64,000 nt of DNA, taken from contig NC_043004.1 in the NCBI RefSeq assembly GCF_006345805.1, positions 83,514,001-83,578,000 on the forward strand. Reading direction: 5' to 3'. The notes below the pieces were generated by a model, which ran no database searches, was not told the origin of the DNA, and was given only the letters and a program-made list of their open reading frames with translations. Source of the stretch: Octopus sinensis (lineage: Eukaryota). Below, piece after piece: positions 30,068 through 42,599 of this stretch; position 1 is the stretch's first letter, and each line of letters opens with the position of its first letter. A program made the position numbers and the translations under genes.

Positions 30068-31021
30068 CGAGGGGCGTTCAATAAGTAATGACCCTGACCC
30101 ACTTCCCATAGCAGTAGAGCAACGAAACTTGGCAAAGTTATTAGTCTTTTTCTACATAGGAACCACCCAGAGCTCCGCATTTCTCCCATCGTTTGATGCA
30201 GCTGTGAAGACCCTTTGTCAGGAAATCTGTCATCACTACTCCGTCCTGGTCCCAGAAGACTGTGAGCATGACCTTGCCAGCGGAGGGCTGCACCCTTGCT
30301 TTCTTTGGAGGATGTGAGTCACGGTGATTCCACTGCATTGACTGGGCTTTGGTCTCTGGATCATAGTGATGGACCCAGGTTTCATCCTGTGTAATCAGTC
30401 TTTTGAAAAATTTTGACTCATCTTCTTGGCACATCTCCAAATTCATCCTCAAGCACTCGACGCGTTCTTGCTTCTGGAAAGGTGTGAGCAACCTGGGAAT
30501 CCATCTGGCAGACACCTTTTGCATATGCAAATGGTCATGAATGATAGTTTCCACAGACCCGGTACTAATCTTGACCTCATGGGTTATTTGGCGAATAGTT
30601 ATGCGTCGATCTTCCAAAATGGCAGCCTCAACTTGACGGACAGATGCCTCATCAATGGCAGAAGGGGTGGGGCGACCAGATCTGGGAGCTGTTTCCACAG
30701 TGTTCCAACCATGTTTGAATCCACGATGCCATCGTTTTACAAGGTCATATGATGGGACATCATCACCATAAGTTACTTTCATTTCATCAAAAGTCTCCCG
30801 TGGTGTGCGTCCTTTCAAATACAAAAACCGGATCACTGCTCGACACTCAACAGCCTCCATTTCACACTTGACTCAGTTCAAACACCTGTAAATCAGAAAC
30901 CACAATTAGTTCAGAGCTGTAATTTGCCACTTAATCTATATGAATAATTGCACATGCAAAATTTCAGCTAGATCAAACAACTGCAAGTGGGTCAGAGGCA
31001 TTACTTATTGAACGTCCCTCG
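30068..31021 (-). mobile_element. Mariner (DD34D-type) transposon with internal deletion
   Basis: TIRs of about 37 bp (CGAGGGGCGTTCAATAAGTAATGACCCTGACCCACTT and its near complement) and TA target duplications at 30066-67 and 31022-23. Length 954 bp. Confidence 0.92.
30141..30860 (-). CDS. Internally deleted mariner transposase, 239 aa open
   Basis: Paired HTH N-terminus, WIPRLL linker, ITQDETWVHHYDPE (first catalytic Asp), then FLTKG fused directly to LHSCIKRWEKC. The HDNA and YSPDLAP motifs are missing. Confidence 0.85.
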   Translation of the reverse strand: MEAVECRAVIRFLYLKGRTPRETFDEMKVTYGDDVPSYDLVKRWHRGFKHGWNTVETAPRSGRPTPSAIDEASVRQVEAAILEDRRITIRQITHEVKISTGSVETIIHDHLHMQKVSARWIPRLLTPFQKQERVECLRMNLEMCQEDESKFFKRLITQDETWVHHYDPETKAQSMQWNHRDSHPPKKARVQPSAGKVMLTVFWDQDGVVMTDFLTKGLHSCIKRWEKCGALGGSYVEKD

Positions 31022-31603
31022 TAGGATATCGATTGTCAAAATTTTAGGAACAAGAGGCATCTTCAAGATCGAAAGCATGGTGTTGAGATTTCATTGAAAT
31101 GGGCAGGACATATTGTTTGAATGTAAGATGATCTTTTGTACGGCCAACAGGTAGAAGGATTCAGCGGGAAGACCCAACCTTAGGTCTAAGGGTAGGTTGA
31201 AACAATGACTAAAATCTCTACAGCATAATTTAGTATCTTGGAGCAGTTATTGCGCAGATCGATCTGAGTGGCGTAAAATATCTCATGCTGCATTTAAATG
31301 AAAAAAAACTTTTATTCAGGAACCAACAGACATATTTGTCCAATACGAAGCAAAAGGAAAACCATCATAGTCCTCGTCGTGATATTGTAGCAAAATACAA
31401 GTATGGATCCAAATTATAATCGCGCATCCGTCGCAAATAAATGCAGCCTTTATTTTGAATCGCTTTTTTTCTTTTTTAAATTCTTTCCTGAAAAAAATCA
31501 TCCAACAAATTTGATGTAATGACCATCATGATCATCATCAACATCACCAGTATCATCATTATCATCATTATCATCGCCTTCATTATTTTTATTATTATTA
31601 TTA

Positions 31604-31647
<44 letters not shown>

Positions 31648-31870
31648 TATTATTATTGTTGTTGTTGTTGTTGTTGTTTTTGTTGTTGTTATCATTGCCA
31701 TTGCACAGCTTCTAACGCTGGGAATGTACTACAGTGTCAGCTGTTCATTACCACTGAACTAAGGTAACATCTCTTATTTTTCCAGCACCTTCCGGAGTAT
31801 TCGAGCGGTTCCAAATATTGCTGTTTTCTGCAAGTGCTCCACTTTTATTGCAGCCCCTATTTGTTCCACG

Positions 31871-31927
<57 letters not shown>

Positions 31928-31930
31928 CAT

Positions 31931-31974
<44 letters not shown>

Positions 31975-31977
<3 letters not shown>

Positions 31978-32330
31978 GCCTCGGTCTTATTCCAGGTAGG
32001 AACTATGTGGATAGCGGGTTACTATCTGTTATCTTAGGTATCCAAAAGTTTACAGCAGTTTTTCAAGTGGTTAGAACACTCCTGATAATCCATGCTGTCC
32101 CTAAGAAACAACATTTCTATAAGAGCCCTACTGGGAATCCTATTTCAATCTACTTCAGCCATTTGTGTATATCTTTGCTTACTGCACCAACCGCAGCAAT
32201 TATCATAGGCATGAACATTACTGTGCGCATTCCCCAAATCCTTCCTATTTCAAATAGTAAGAAATTGTATTTTGTTTTCTTTATCTGTCTTAATGATCCT
32301 GAAATCAAACAGGCATGATGGGTCGATAAG
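31975..32330 (-). mobile_element. Decayed RLE-type LINE 3' fragment
   Basis: Minus-strand translation includes EIGRIWG...VGAVSKDI...FLGTAWIIRSVL. Flanked by trinucleotide repeats. Confidence 0.55.
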
Positions 32331-33379
32331 AAAGTAACTTCGCTCTTCTTTATCTATAATCGTTATATGTGGACTATTGTTTTCTAATTTCTTGTCTGTT
32401 TGAATAGGAAAGTCCCACAAAATCTTAGATTGCTCCGACTTTTGTACTCTTTAGACTCAGTGATAGTACCATGTGTCTCCAGCTTCAAATAACCATTTTT
32501 TTCTATTACGTTGTACCGTAATGTGAGCTTCTTATCTATTCTGACATTAAAATTTAAGAGTAATCTTGAAGACGCAATCAATGTCAGAATATGTGAGGTT
32601 GCAATTACACTTCGAAAACTTTCAAATCTTCTATGGAATGAACATTGTATCTGTTTGTAATTTAAAATAAGTGTACAGAAATATTTTATTTATGAGGGAG
32701 ATGCATGGATTTCCTTACTACAGACATATAAAAAAAATTTAAACCTTACACAAGTTGGCACAGATTCCAGTGGACAAAATTTATAACCAGGTTGTACCTC
32801 CATCTTTTATATTCTTCCTGGGCCAACTTGGGGTAGCCTATCAGAAGGTTTACCACTGTCAAGTTCCAATTTCCAAGTCACATAAGGCTCTATATTTTTC
32901 TAAATCATTTTCTCCATATATATTTTCCCTCAAGTTATTTGTTTTCATCGATTGATCCTGTTCTCATTATTACTATTATTATATTATTATTCTATGTTTG
33001 ACTTTTGCTTTACATTTGCACAAGCTGTCTCCAAGTCTCACCCAGTGACCTCAAGAGACAACAGATTGGAAGTTCGTGTTGGTGTTATGCCTAGGGTGCC
33101 ATATATATGGTTTTGTACTAAAAAACCATACGAACATTTTGTTTGTTTATCCTCCACCTCTTCCTCCTCCTTCTCCTCCTCCTCCTCCTCCTCCTCCTCC
33201 TCCTCATCATCATATTATTATTATTGTTATGTTTTTTCCTTCTTTCTTCAATTTTTCTGCCGTTTCTCGCCGAGTGTTTTCCATACACCTAGGGCATAGA
33301 AGCTCATTGTATGCATTCCAAGATTACACACGCAAATTCACAGATAAAATATGTATTTACAAATTAATAAATAAATAAA

Positions 33380-33660
33380 TTCATGGATGGATGTTATTTT
33401 CGCAGCGATAATGCTCTTCTCTGTATGTGAGCCGTTCCAGTTAATACGATTTTTTGCATTTCCTGCAGGGATGGTAAGCCTGGAATCATTTTCAAATAGG
33501 TTTCAGTACATTTTTTTATCATTCCTAGAGATCCTACAGTCACTGGTACTGTAGTCGCCTTGAGGAGCCATATTTTATCAATTTCTATTAGCAGGTCTTT
33601 ATATTTACTAATCTTGCCACATTTTTCCAATTTCTATTTGAAGGTCTTTATATTTACTAA
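33380..33660 (-). mobile_element. R4/Dong-like extreme 3' fragment
   Basis: ISKYKDLLIEIDKIW...VPVTVGSLG...QKIVLTGTAHI, adjacent to (ATT)n. Confidence 0.75.
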
Positions 33661-33662
33661 TC

Positions 33663-33740
<78 letters not shown>

Positions 33741-33762
33741 GTTGTTGTTGTTGTTGTTGTTG

Positions 33763-33819
<57 letters not shown>

Positions 33820-33825
33820 TTATTC

Positions 33826-36800
33826 AGTATTATATTTTTTATATCGTGCTTTCACTTCACTACCGAGCACAGCTCTGTGAGCCTTGGGTATGTGCTGTGA
33901 TTTGTTGTGATGCTCTGATGGTTATTGTATGGAAAGTGTTCTGCGTAGGATGTGTGCAGTGCCTAGTAGTGCAATTTTCTGTATGTTATATGTGTTTGTA
34001 AGTCCTGGGGTTTTTGTAATGTATTTGTCTGAATATTTTTTATCATGCCTAATGCACCTACTATGATAGGAATTGTTTCTGTTTTCAGATTCCACATTCT
34101 AATTACCTCTATTTCCAGGTCTTTGTATTTTGAGAGTTTCTCCATTTCTTTTAGAGATACGTTGTCATCTGCTGTCATTGATACATCGATTAGAAACATT
34201 TTTTTTTCATGATCTGTGACAACTATATCTGGTCTGTTGGCCTTAATTCCTCTATCTGTGTGTATTGGCATATCCCAGAGTATGGTTGCTTTCTCGTTTT
34301 CTGTGACCTTTTCTGGTGTGTGCCTATACCATATTTTTTCTGTTGTTATTCCATAATGTTGGCATAGTTTCCACTGTATATAGGTCCCAACTATGTCGTG
34401 TCTGTGAATATATTCCTTCTTAACCAGGACTGGGCAGCCAGAGATAATATGCTTTATTGTTTCTTGTCCATCTCCACATATTCTGCAGTTACTTGTTATA
34501 TTTCTTTTCATTACATGTTTTTGGTAATTTCTGGTGGGGAGGCTTTGGTCCTGTGCTGCAATTAAAAATCCTTCTGTCTCTGCTTTGAGTCCTGAGCTTC
34601 TCAACCATTGTTGGGATTTTTCTTTGTCTATTTCTTTTGCATATAGGTTAGTCCAGTATTTGCCATGAAGGGGCTTTTCTTGCCATCGTTTTATCATTTT
34701 TAGTTTGGATTTCATTTGTTTTATAAAATTTGTTGTTTCTTTCTTTGTTCTTCTTCTTCTTCTTCTTCTTCTTCTTCTTCTCTTCTTCTTCTTCTTCTTC
34801 TTCTTCTTCTTCTTCTTCTTCTCTTCTTCTCTCTTCTTCTTCTCCTTCTCTCCTCTTCTTTCTCTCTTCTTCTTCTTCTTCTTCTTCTTCTTCTTCTCTT
34901 CTTCTTCTTCTTTTCTTCTTCTTCTTCTTTTCTTCTTCTTCTCCTCCCCTTCTTCTCTCCTCCTTCTCTCTTCTTCTTCTTCTTCTTCTTCTTCTTCTTC
35001 TTCTTCTTCTTCTTCTTCTTCTTCTTCTTCTTCTTCAAATTTGTTAGGTGGTAAGATTTCTTGTTGTATTTGTCAGCTTCCTTAAATACTGAGAACTGTT
35101 TTCTGTTTTGCTCGTGTTTTGCCGCTACTTGCATCAGTTTTTCTTCCTTCTGAAGTAGATATTTTTGCAGTCCTATGGTGGTTATTTTATAGTAGTTTTC
35201 CCGCTGTGAAAGGCATTTAACACCTTCTATACGTTGTATATATAGCCTTTCAAGACAGATTTGGGTGATGCATCCTAGATCCTGTCATTATTTTTCTTGT
35301 TTTCCTATCTATTTTGGTCAGTTCATTTAGTGTCCAGTTAAGGATATTGTAGCTGTAACTATAACTGGGACGGCTAAAGTGTTGATACCTATTATCTTGT
35401 GTTTAGCATTGAGCTCTGTTTTCAGTATTGATATAACTCGTCTGTAATATTCTTTGTTTCTTTTCTCTTTCATTTGTGTGTATTGTGTCTTATCTTGTTC
35501 ATGGATTTTTAAGTATTTGTAAGTTTGGCTTTGGTCTAATTCTTTTATTTCATTGGTTTTATCTAGTGTGATGTTGCTAATCTTAACTAGTTTTCCTCTT
35601 TTCAGGGTTACTTTGGCGCATTTTTCTAATCCAAATTTCATATCTATTTCTTTGGTAAATCCATGAACAGCCTGTAGTAGTGTTTCCAGCTGTTTGTCAT
35701 TTGTGGCGAATAGTTTTAGCTCATCCATATATAAAAGGTGGCTGATCGTTTTGCCGTAACATTTATATCCGCATCCAGTTCTATTTAGCATATCCGATAG
35801 AGGTGAGAGTGCCAAGCAGAAAAGGAGTGGAAAGCGTGTCTCCCTGGAATATTCCTCTTCTAATGAGGATGACTTTGGTTTTCAGCAGTCCCTCTTTTGT
35901 TTGGAGCTGTAGCACTGTCAGCCATTTATTCATAGAGTGTCCTATGTATTTTATAATTGTTGGCGCAACTTTGTTAATGGCTAGTATTTCGAGGATCCAT
36001 GTGTGGGGGATGCTATCAAACGCCATTTTGTGGTCGATCCAGGCCATATTGAGGCCTTTCTTCTTTCTGTGGCTGTCTTCAGTTATGGCTTTATTGATCA
36101 TTAGTTGATCTTTACAGCCATATGAGCCTTTGCGGAATCCTTTCAGCTCTTCTGGAAACAGGTTTTTTTCGTCCAGGTGCTTCTTCAATCTTTGTGATAT
36201 TACTGCAGTAAATGCTTTGTACATTGTAGGGAGACAGGTTATAGGTCTGTAGTTTTCTGGTTTTGCTGTCTCATTTGATTTGAGAATTAAGATGGTTTTC
36301 CCCTTCATGAGCCATTCAGGCATTGTCTCTGGCTCTGCTAGTATGTTGTTAAAGTTTTCAGCCAGCTTTTTGTGCATTCCTGTTAGATATTTCAACCAGA
36401 ATTTGGGGATCTTGTCATGCCCAGGTGCCTTCCAGTTGCGTAGTCTTTGCAGTGCTTGAGTGACCTCTTCAGTTGTTATGGGGGTCCAAAGTTGCTCAGA
36501 TGCTGAGTTTGTTGTTTTAATACTCCTTTTTGGGTTGTTCGTTCGCCGACCATATTTCTCTCCATAATTCTTCCACTTCTTCTGCCGTTGGTGCTGCAGT
36601 GATTTCTATTTTATTTTTGCCAAGTTCTTGGTAGAACTTTTTGTGGTTGGAGTTGAACTGTTTGTTTTGTTCAAAGAAACGTTGGCGTTTCTCGTACCGG
36701 CAGATCCTTTGTGCTTTGGCAAGGATATCTTGCATTAGCTTTTCTTTTATCTCAGGTAAATCTTTTTCTGTGATGTTATATTTGCGGAGTATTTTGTATA

Positions 36801-37890
36801 TTCGGAGTATTTTTGATGTTGTATTTTCGGAGTATTTTTGTTTTCTTTTTGTTGCTTAGTAGCGTTGATTGTCTACTGATTTCATTAATAATCGACAGAT
36901 CTTTTCTCATTTTTTAAATTTAGTTTTGGATGTTATTTATCCACAGGGTTTGTTTGGGTGGTGGTACTCCTGTTTGGATGAGTTTGAATGAGTATCTAGC
37001 TTCTTTTGTGGGCAGTGGCTGCTGCGTATACTAAATCATTTAGCTCAGTGATATCGCTTTTTGTTTCAGTGGCTATTAGTTCCGTGACGGCTAGCTTTAT
37101 GCTGTTTATAATTGATGTTGTTGTTTTGTCTACTTTGTTTTTGGGAGTTATGGTCGGTGTTCCATTTTGAGCACTGTGGTTTTCAGTTCTTTGATTATTC
37201 TACTTTTTATAATATCATAATCATTAGGGTCCCCTTCGTTGTTTCCAGGTTTTAGATTTGTGTCGCTTTCTTTCTCATTCGTATGTTTGTTTGTCGTGTT
37301 TTGGCTTGCTGTTTGTCGTGTATTATTATGCATCATTACGGTCTGGTTTGTGTTTTTTGCTTACATCGTTTTTGTTGGAAATGTTACGTTTGTCTTCGTG
37401 TTTTACTGTTTCAGTGTTTATATTATTTGGCATTGTTGTGTTGCTTCTATCTACATTTTTTTCCTGATGTATTTTTTCTTTTAAACGTTCTATTTCTATT
37501 CCTGAATATTTTTTGCGTTGAGAATATATCTTCCCACGTTAGCTAGATTATACGGTTCATTGCTGTATCCAGGTCTTTATTTATGTTATTTTGCTTCCAT
37601 ATTTTATATGTATATGTTCTTGTGTTTTCGCTCTTTGTGTAGAGCACTGCTGTAAAGTAAGCGTGTAGGATTGAAATGTATGCCTTTTTGATTTTATTTT
37701 CGGGACGTGAGGGACAACGTCCGACCCATTATTTTGAAGGTCGTCATTTTCGTAGGGTACCGGTCCGTTCATTTCAGTTGTCACATTGTTTTGTACGTGT
37801 AGTTTTTCGTACATTTTATGTTGTAAGTTACAGTACGTACTTCCGATTGTTATTCTTGGGTTGAATAATACCGGTAATATTTAATTTATA
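33826..37890 (-). mobile_element. Near full-length R4/Dong-like non-LTR retrotransposon (RT, CCHC finger, restriction-like endonuclease), degraded
   Basis: RT motifs NYRPITCLP, AFDSIPH, RGIFQGDTLS, YMDE; zinc knuckle CRICG...ETIKHIISGCP; RLE motifs NRPDIV, LIDVSM, KYKDL, IPIIVGALG. 3' end followed by (AAT)n. Confidence 0.85.
34742..35037. repeat. (TTC/GAA)n microsatellite inside the Dong-like ORF
   Basis: About 290 bp of imperfect TTC repeats. Confidence 0.95.
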
Positions 37891-37904
37891 TCCCCATGAG
37901 CACT

Positions 37905-38310
37905 ATATTTTGAATTTCTGCCATTTTTGGGTTTCCTGGTATCTGAGTTAGGTAGCAATCAGCCCATGTTGCTATCATCCCAGGGCACCTATGGCAACAG
38001 GTATTGTTTTAGTCTTCAGGTTCAACATTTTGCTGATTGCTATTTCAAGATCTTTATATTTGCTCAGTTTTTGGTAGGTTTTGACAGATACGATTATATC
38101 GGTTGGGACAGTCATATCAATGAGGAGGCATGTTCTTTGTCTGAAGTCTTTCAATATGATGTCTGGCCTATTTGCATCTATCTTCCTGTCAGTTTGAATG
38201 GTGAAGTTCCAGAGGAATGAGATGTGGTCAATTTCAAGCACTGGGGGTGGTTTGTGTTCCCACCAGTTTTTTCCATGGGGCAAATCCAGGTTTTTGCAGA
38301 TTACCCTATT
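37905..38310 (-). mobile_element. 5'-truncated R4/Dong-like RLE fragment
   Basis: WNFTIQTDRKIDANRPDII...LIDMTVP...KYKDLEI...IPVAIGALG, adjacent to (ATT)n. Confidence 0.8.
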
Positions 38311-38311
38311 G

Positions 38312-38367
<56 letters not shown>

Positions 38368-38450
38368 GCCATTTATCCCTTCGGACTCGATAAAATAAGT
38401 AACATTTGAGCACTTGCGTCAATATATTATTATTATCATTGTTATTATTA

Positions 38451-38485
<35 letters not shown>

Positions 38486-38589
38486 ATTTTTACTATTATA
38501 ATCATTATTGTGATTATTGCCATTTATCCCTTCGGACTCGATAAAATATGTAACATTTGAGCACTTGCGTCAATATATTATTATTATTA

Positions 38590-38632
<43 letters not shown>

Positions 38633-39244
38633 CATCATCATTATTATGATTATTGCCATTAATCCCTTCGAACTCGATAAAATAGCTAACGTTTGAGCAG
38701 TTGGGTCAATATAATCGACTTGTCCTCCACCCCACGGAAATGTCTAGCCTAGTACCGCCATTTGAAACCATCGTTATTCATTTGCTTAATAGCTGTGTGT
38801 ATGTGTGTGCCTTTGTCGGTGTGTGTGTGTGATTGTGTGCACGCGTACGTTCATTTAGTGTACTCCCAGAAATATAGGAATCTCAGATTCTGTGAATATA
38901 ATGAAACCCTTGCATGAGATCTTTTGTATATGTCAGATATAAGTGTTTGCTGGATCTGTCTGTAACTTATTGAATTGTAGTAGATGTGTATATAGTAAGC
39001 ATAGTATACATAATAAGCGGCAGCAGGTCTAAGTTTGTGACTGTTGACGTGTGGTGAAGCTGTGTGGCGGTTGAGAATTTTAACCATTTCTGAATCTGAA
39101 ATGTTTGAGAATTTCTTTAAACCGTATTTTTTGTTTTATGAGATATCTTGTATACAAGTCACTAGAGTTGTCGGACACCTTTGTTACTCGCTCCACAAAA
39201 TAGAATTAAAAATAAAAACAAAAAATTCAAAGTATATATTACAT

Positions 39245-39410
39245 GCGCAGGAGTGGCTGTGTGGTAAGTAGCTTGCTTACCAACCAGATGTTTCTGGGTT
39301 CAATCCCACTTCGTAGCACCTGGGCAAGTGTCTCCTACTATAGCCTCGAGCTTATAAATGCCTTGTGAGTGGATTTGTTACACGGAAACTGAAAGAAGCC
39401 CGTCGTATAT
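39245..39410 (+). mobile_element. tRNA-derived SINE
   Basis: Degenerate A box (TGGCTGTGTGG) and B box (GGTTCAATCCC), ending in (TA)n. Confidence 0.7.
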
Positions 39411-39440
39411 ATGTATATGCATATATATATATAATATATC

Positions 39441-39491
<51 letters not shown>

Positions 39492-39499
39492 TATATGTG

Positions 39500-39533
<34 letters not shown>

Positions 39534-39930
39534 GTAAAAATGAAATTTGAAAATGCCGCATATTAGATAAATTTTAATTTAACATGTTTCGGTTCTTGAA
39601 ATAACGAACCTTATCACAAAAAAATTTTTATAATAAAGAGAGTCCATGCTATATGCTTAAAGAGTATGATGGAACAGTTCATAATTGTGACATACATTCA
39701 ATAGAGTCATATAAAAAATCCATGTTCTTGAAAAGGCGAGGAGTTCATTATAGATTTTACCTTGTGTTCCAATGGGAGCAACAGTAATGATTCTTGGTCG
39801 GCGCTGCTGGCGTAATTTTGGTAAATTTTGTGATTGTTGGATTTATATCAGCTAAGCTGTGGGTCCTGGTCTCTGGCACTGTTCACTGACGTCATACAGT
39901 TCCAAACCAATCAAAACCCAGCCTCACCGA

Positions 39931-39968
<38 letters not shown>

Positions 39969-39974
39969 TACCTA

Positions 39975-40039
<65 letters not shown>

Positions 40040-41622
40040 CTTATATATATATATATAATATATACATATATATGTATAAATATATATATGTGTGTGTGTC
40101 TGTGTGTCTGTTTTTGTCCCCCCCCCAACATCGCTTGACAACCGATGCTGGTGTGTTTACGCCCCCGTAACTTTGCGATTAGGCAAAAGATACCGATAGA
40201 ATAATTACTAGGCTCACAAAGAATAAGTCCTAGAGTCGATTTATTTGACTAAGGCGGGGCTCCAGCATGGCCGCTGTCAAAATGACTGAAATAACTAAAG
40301 GAGTAAAAGAGTAAAGTTCAAATGAAAGCAAAATTTCTAAACTGTCATGCTGCATTTCTTTCCGGTTCTTTGTAACTTGAGTTTAAATCCTCTAGAGGCC
40401 ATCTTTACTTTGCATCCGTCCAGGATCGATAAAATAAACTTTTGAAAACAGAGAGCATAACTTTAATCTAAACGGAAAAAAATGCAATAGGTTTTTTTTC
40501 ATAGGATTCCTTTTAAATTACAAAGCCTGGCATCGTTGTTACGTTGGTAATACATCGTGGAAGACAAATATTAACTACTTAAAATTACACAAAGTCTATA
40601 ACATACCGTGCTCTGAAATCAGGTCCATCACGAGGTCTCAGTTAGTGCGACGAAGATTTTGACACCAAGTAGTGAAACTTTAAGTGATGTTAGTAGAATT
40701 TGTCTTTTAGAATGGCTTATACTTGTGTTTTTGAATAGTTTTCACGCTGTCATTGTTTTAGTTTCAACACAACTGAAAATACTTGCTCGACATGTACTAC
40801 AAATTATAATAATTGATTAAGATAGTATGTTAAGAGTAAAATTAGGTTGTGTGATATATATGTGAGTTTAATCCTTCATCAATATTGCAATGCGCAGGAC
40901 CAACTTACACAGTTAACAGTGACTATCATTTAATAACCAATTAGAAAATGGGTAGCGTTTGCACTTTGAGAACTCTGGATAAATTTGCGCATTATATTTT
41001 CTCATTTGCATAGGAGAATGCAATTATTCAGGGCGTTATGCAACGCTGCTTCTCATTATCCTTTATTTTTCTCTTTTCTTTGTACATAATCATCTTGACA
41101 CTCAATTTGCAAGAAAAAAATTTTTTGAATGTTTAAGGGAATGGAATATTCATGAGGCTAGATTCACACCTCACCATCGAACATCAAACACATAAAAATG
41201 AACGTCATCATGGAATGACACGGACATCTTCTTAGTTCTTTCTAATATCGACAAATGATGAGGTCGATCAGGTGAAGGAGTAACTGACACTTGTCTTAAT
41301 AAATCTGTTATCATTGAATTCTAGATCATAAAATATGCAAATACCTTATCAAAAAATAAATAGTTTTATACACCGTGTCAACAATAAAAATGCAGAGGAT
41401 CGTGTCTATAATTATGAAACATCTGACAAAAGCGTTTCATGGGCAGTTTACGCCAGGAAAATCTTCATATAGGGGCTGGCATGGCTGTGTGATTAAGAAG
41501 TACGCGTTGCCACCACAAGATTTCTGGTTCGGTCCCGCTGCAAAGTACCTTGAGCAACATTCTTTTAGTATAGACACTGGTTTTACACTACCTTGACATA
41601 TAACTTCAAATATCTTATATAT

Positions 41623-41897
41623 AACAATTGCAGCGTGGAAGGTGTTTATAAACTATTTAATAAACACACAAAAACCGTTAGATTCACTTCAAATTTAAAT
41701 TTAATTTGTCAAAATATTTTCGTCGCTTTGAGACAGTGACCTGTTCACTGATAAAATTCCGTGCTGCATCTCACAGAGGTCGCGGTCTCAAAGCGACTAA
41801 GATATTGTTACAAATTAAATTTAAATGTTGAAGTGAATCTAACGGTTTTTGTGTGTTTCTTAAATGGCTTATAAACACCTTCCACGCTGCAATTGTT
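41623..41897. repeat. MITE-like palindrome, about 115-bp arms
   Basis: CAATTGCAGCGTGGAAGGTGTTTATAA... mirrored at 41777-41897. Confidence 0.85.
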
Positions 41898-42002
41898 TTC
41901 GTTCCAGCACACGTTCTCAGATCAAGTCACTCGGTATGCAAGTACATCGCCGTAAATCTTATATATATATTTATATATAATATACCTACTTATCTATCTA
42001 TA

Positions 42003-42105
<103 letters not shown>

Positions 42106-42154
42106 GTCTATCTAGCTAGCTAGCAAGCTATATATATATACATATATATATACT

Positions 42155-42520
42155 CTCTTTACTCTCTTACTCGTTTCAGTCGAGCAAATCGACCCCGGGA
42201 CTTATTTTTTGCAAGCCCAGTAATTATTCTTACGGTCTCTTTTGCCGACCGCTAAGTGACGGGGACGTAAACACACTAGCAATGCTAGGGGGTACAAACA
42301 CAGACGCACAAACATACACACACACACCACACACACACACACACACATACACACATATATATATATATATACGAAAGGCTTCTTTCAGTTTCCGTCTACC
42401 AAATCCACTCACAACGCATTAGTCGGCCCGAGCCTATAGCAGAAGACACTTGCCCAAGATTCCACGCAGTGGGACTGAACCCGGAAACATGTGGTTGGTA
42501 AGCAAGCCACTTACCACGAA
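42155..42520 (-). mobile_element. tRNA-derived SINE with internal (CA)n
   Basis: Reverse complement of the 39245 and 51600 family; B box GGTTCAGTCCC. Confidence 0.7.
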
Positions 42521-42599
42521 TCTTACATATATACCATTCTGTCTAAAAACTGGATCTACAACTTCATTATCCCTACATATCTTACATCTATTTTCTCAC

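Larger units (their letters stand above)
29783..31290 (+). mobile_element. Decayed RTE-clade LINE 3' fragment, split by the mariner
   Basis: Left part encodes an IFLYEGEAW-like RTE motif. After 31024 it continues with LKWAGHIV, GRP and DRSEWR-like RTE C-terminal motifs. A related relic lies at about 32400-32750. Confidence 0.55.

Noticed and set aside
38851-39100. Minus-strand 78-aa Tyr-rich ORF with a possible acceptor
   Set aside because: No homology recognised and composition is consistent with chance. Could be rechecked with RNA-seq.
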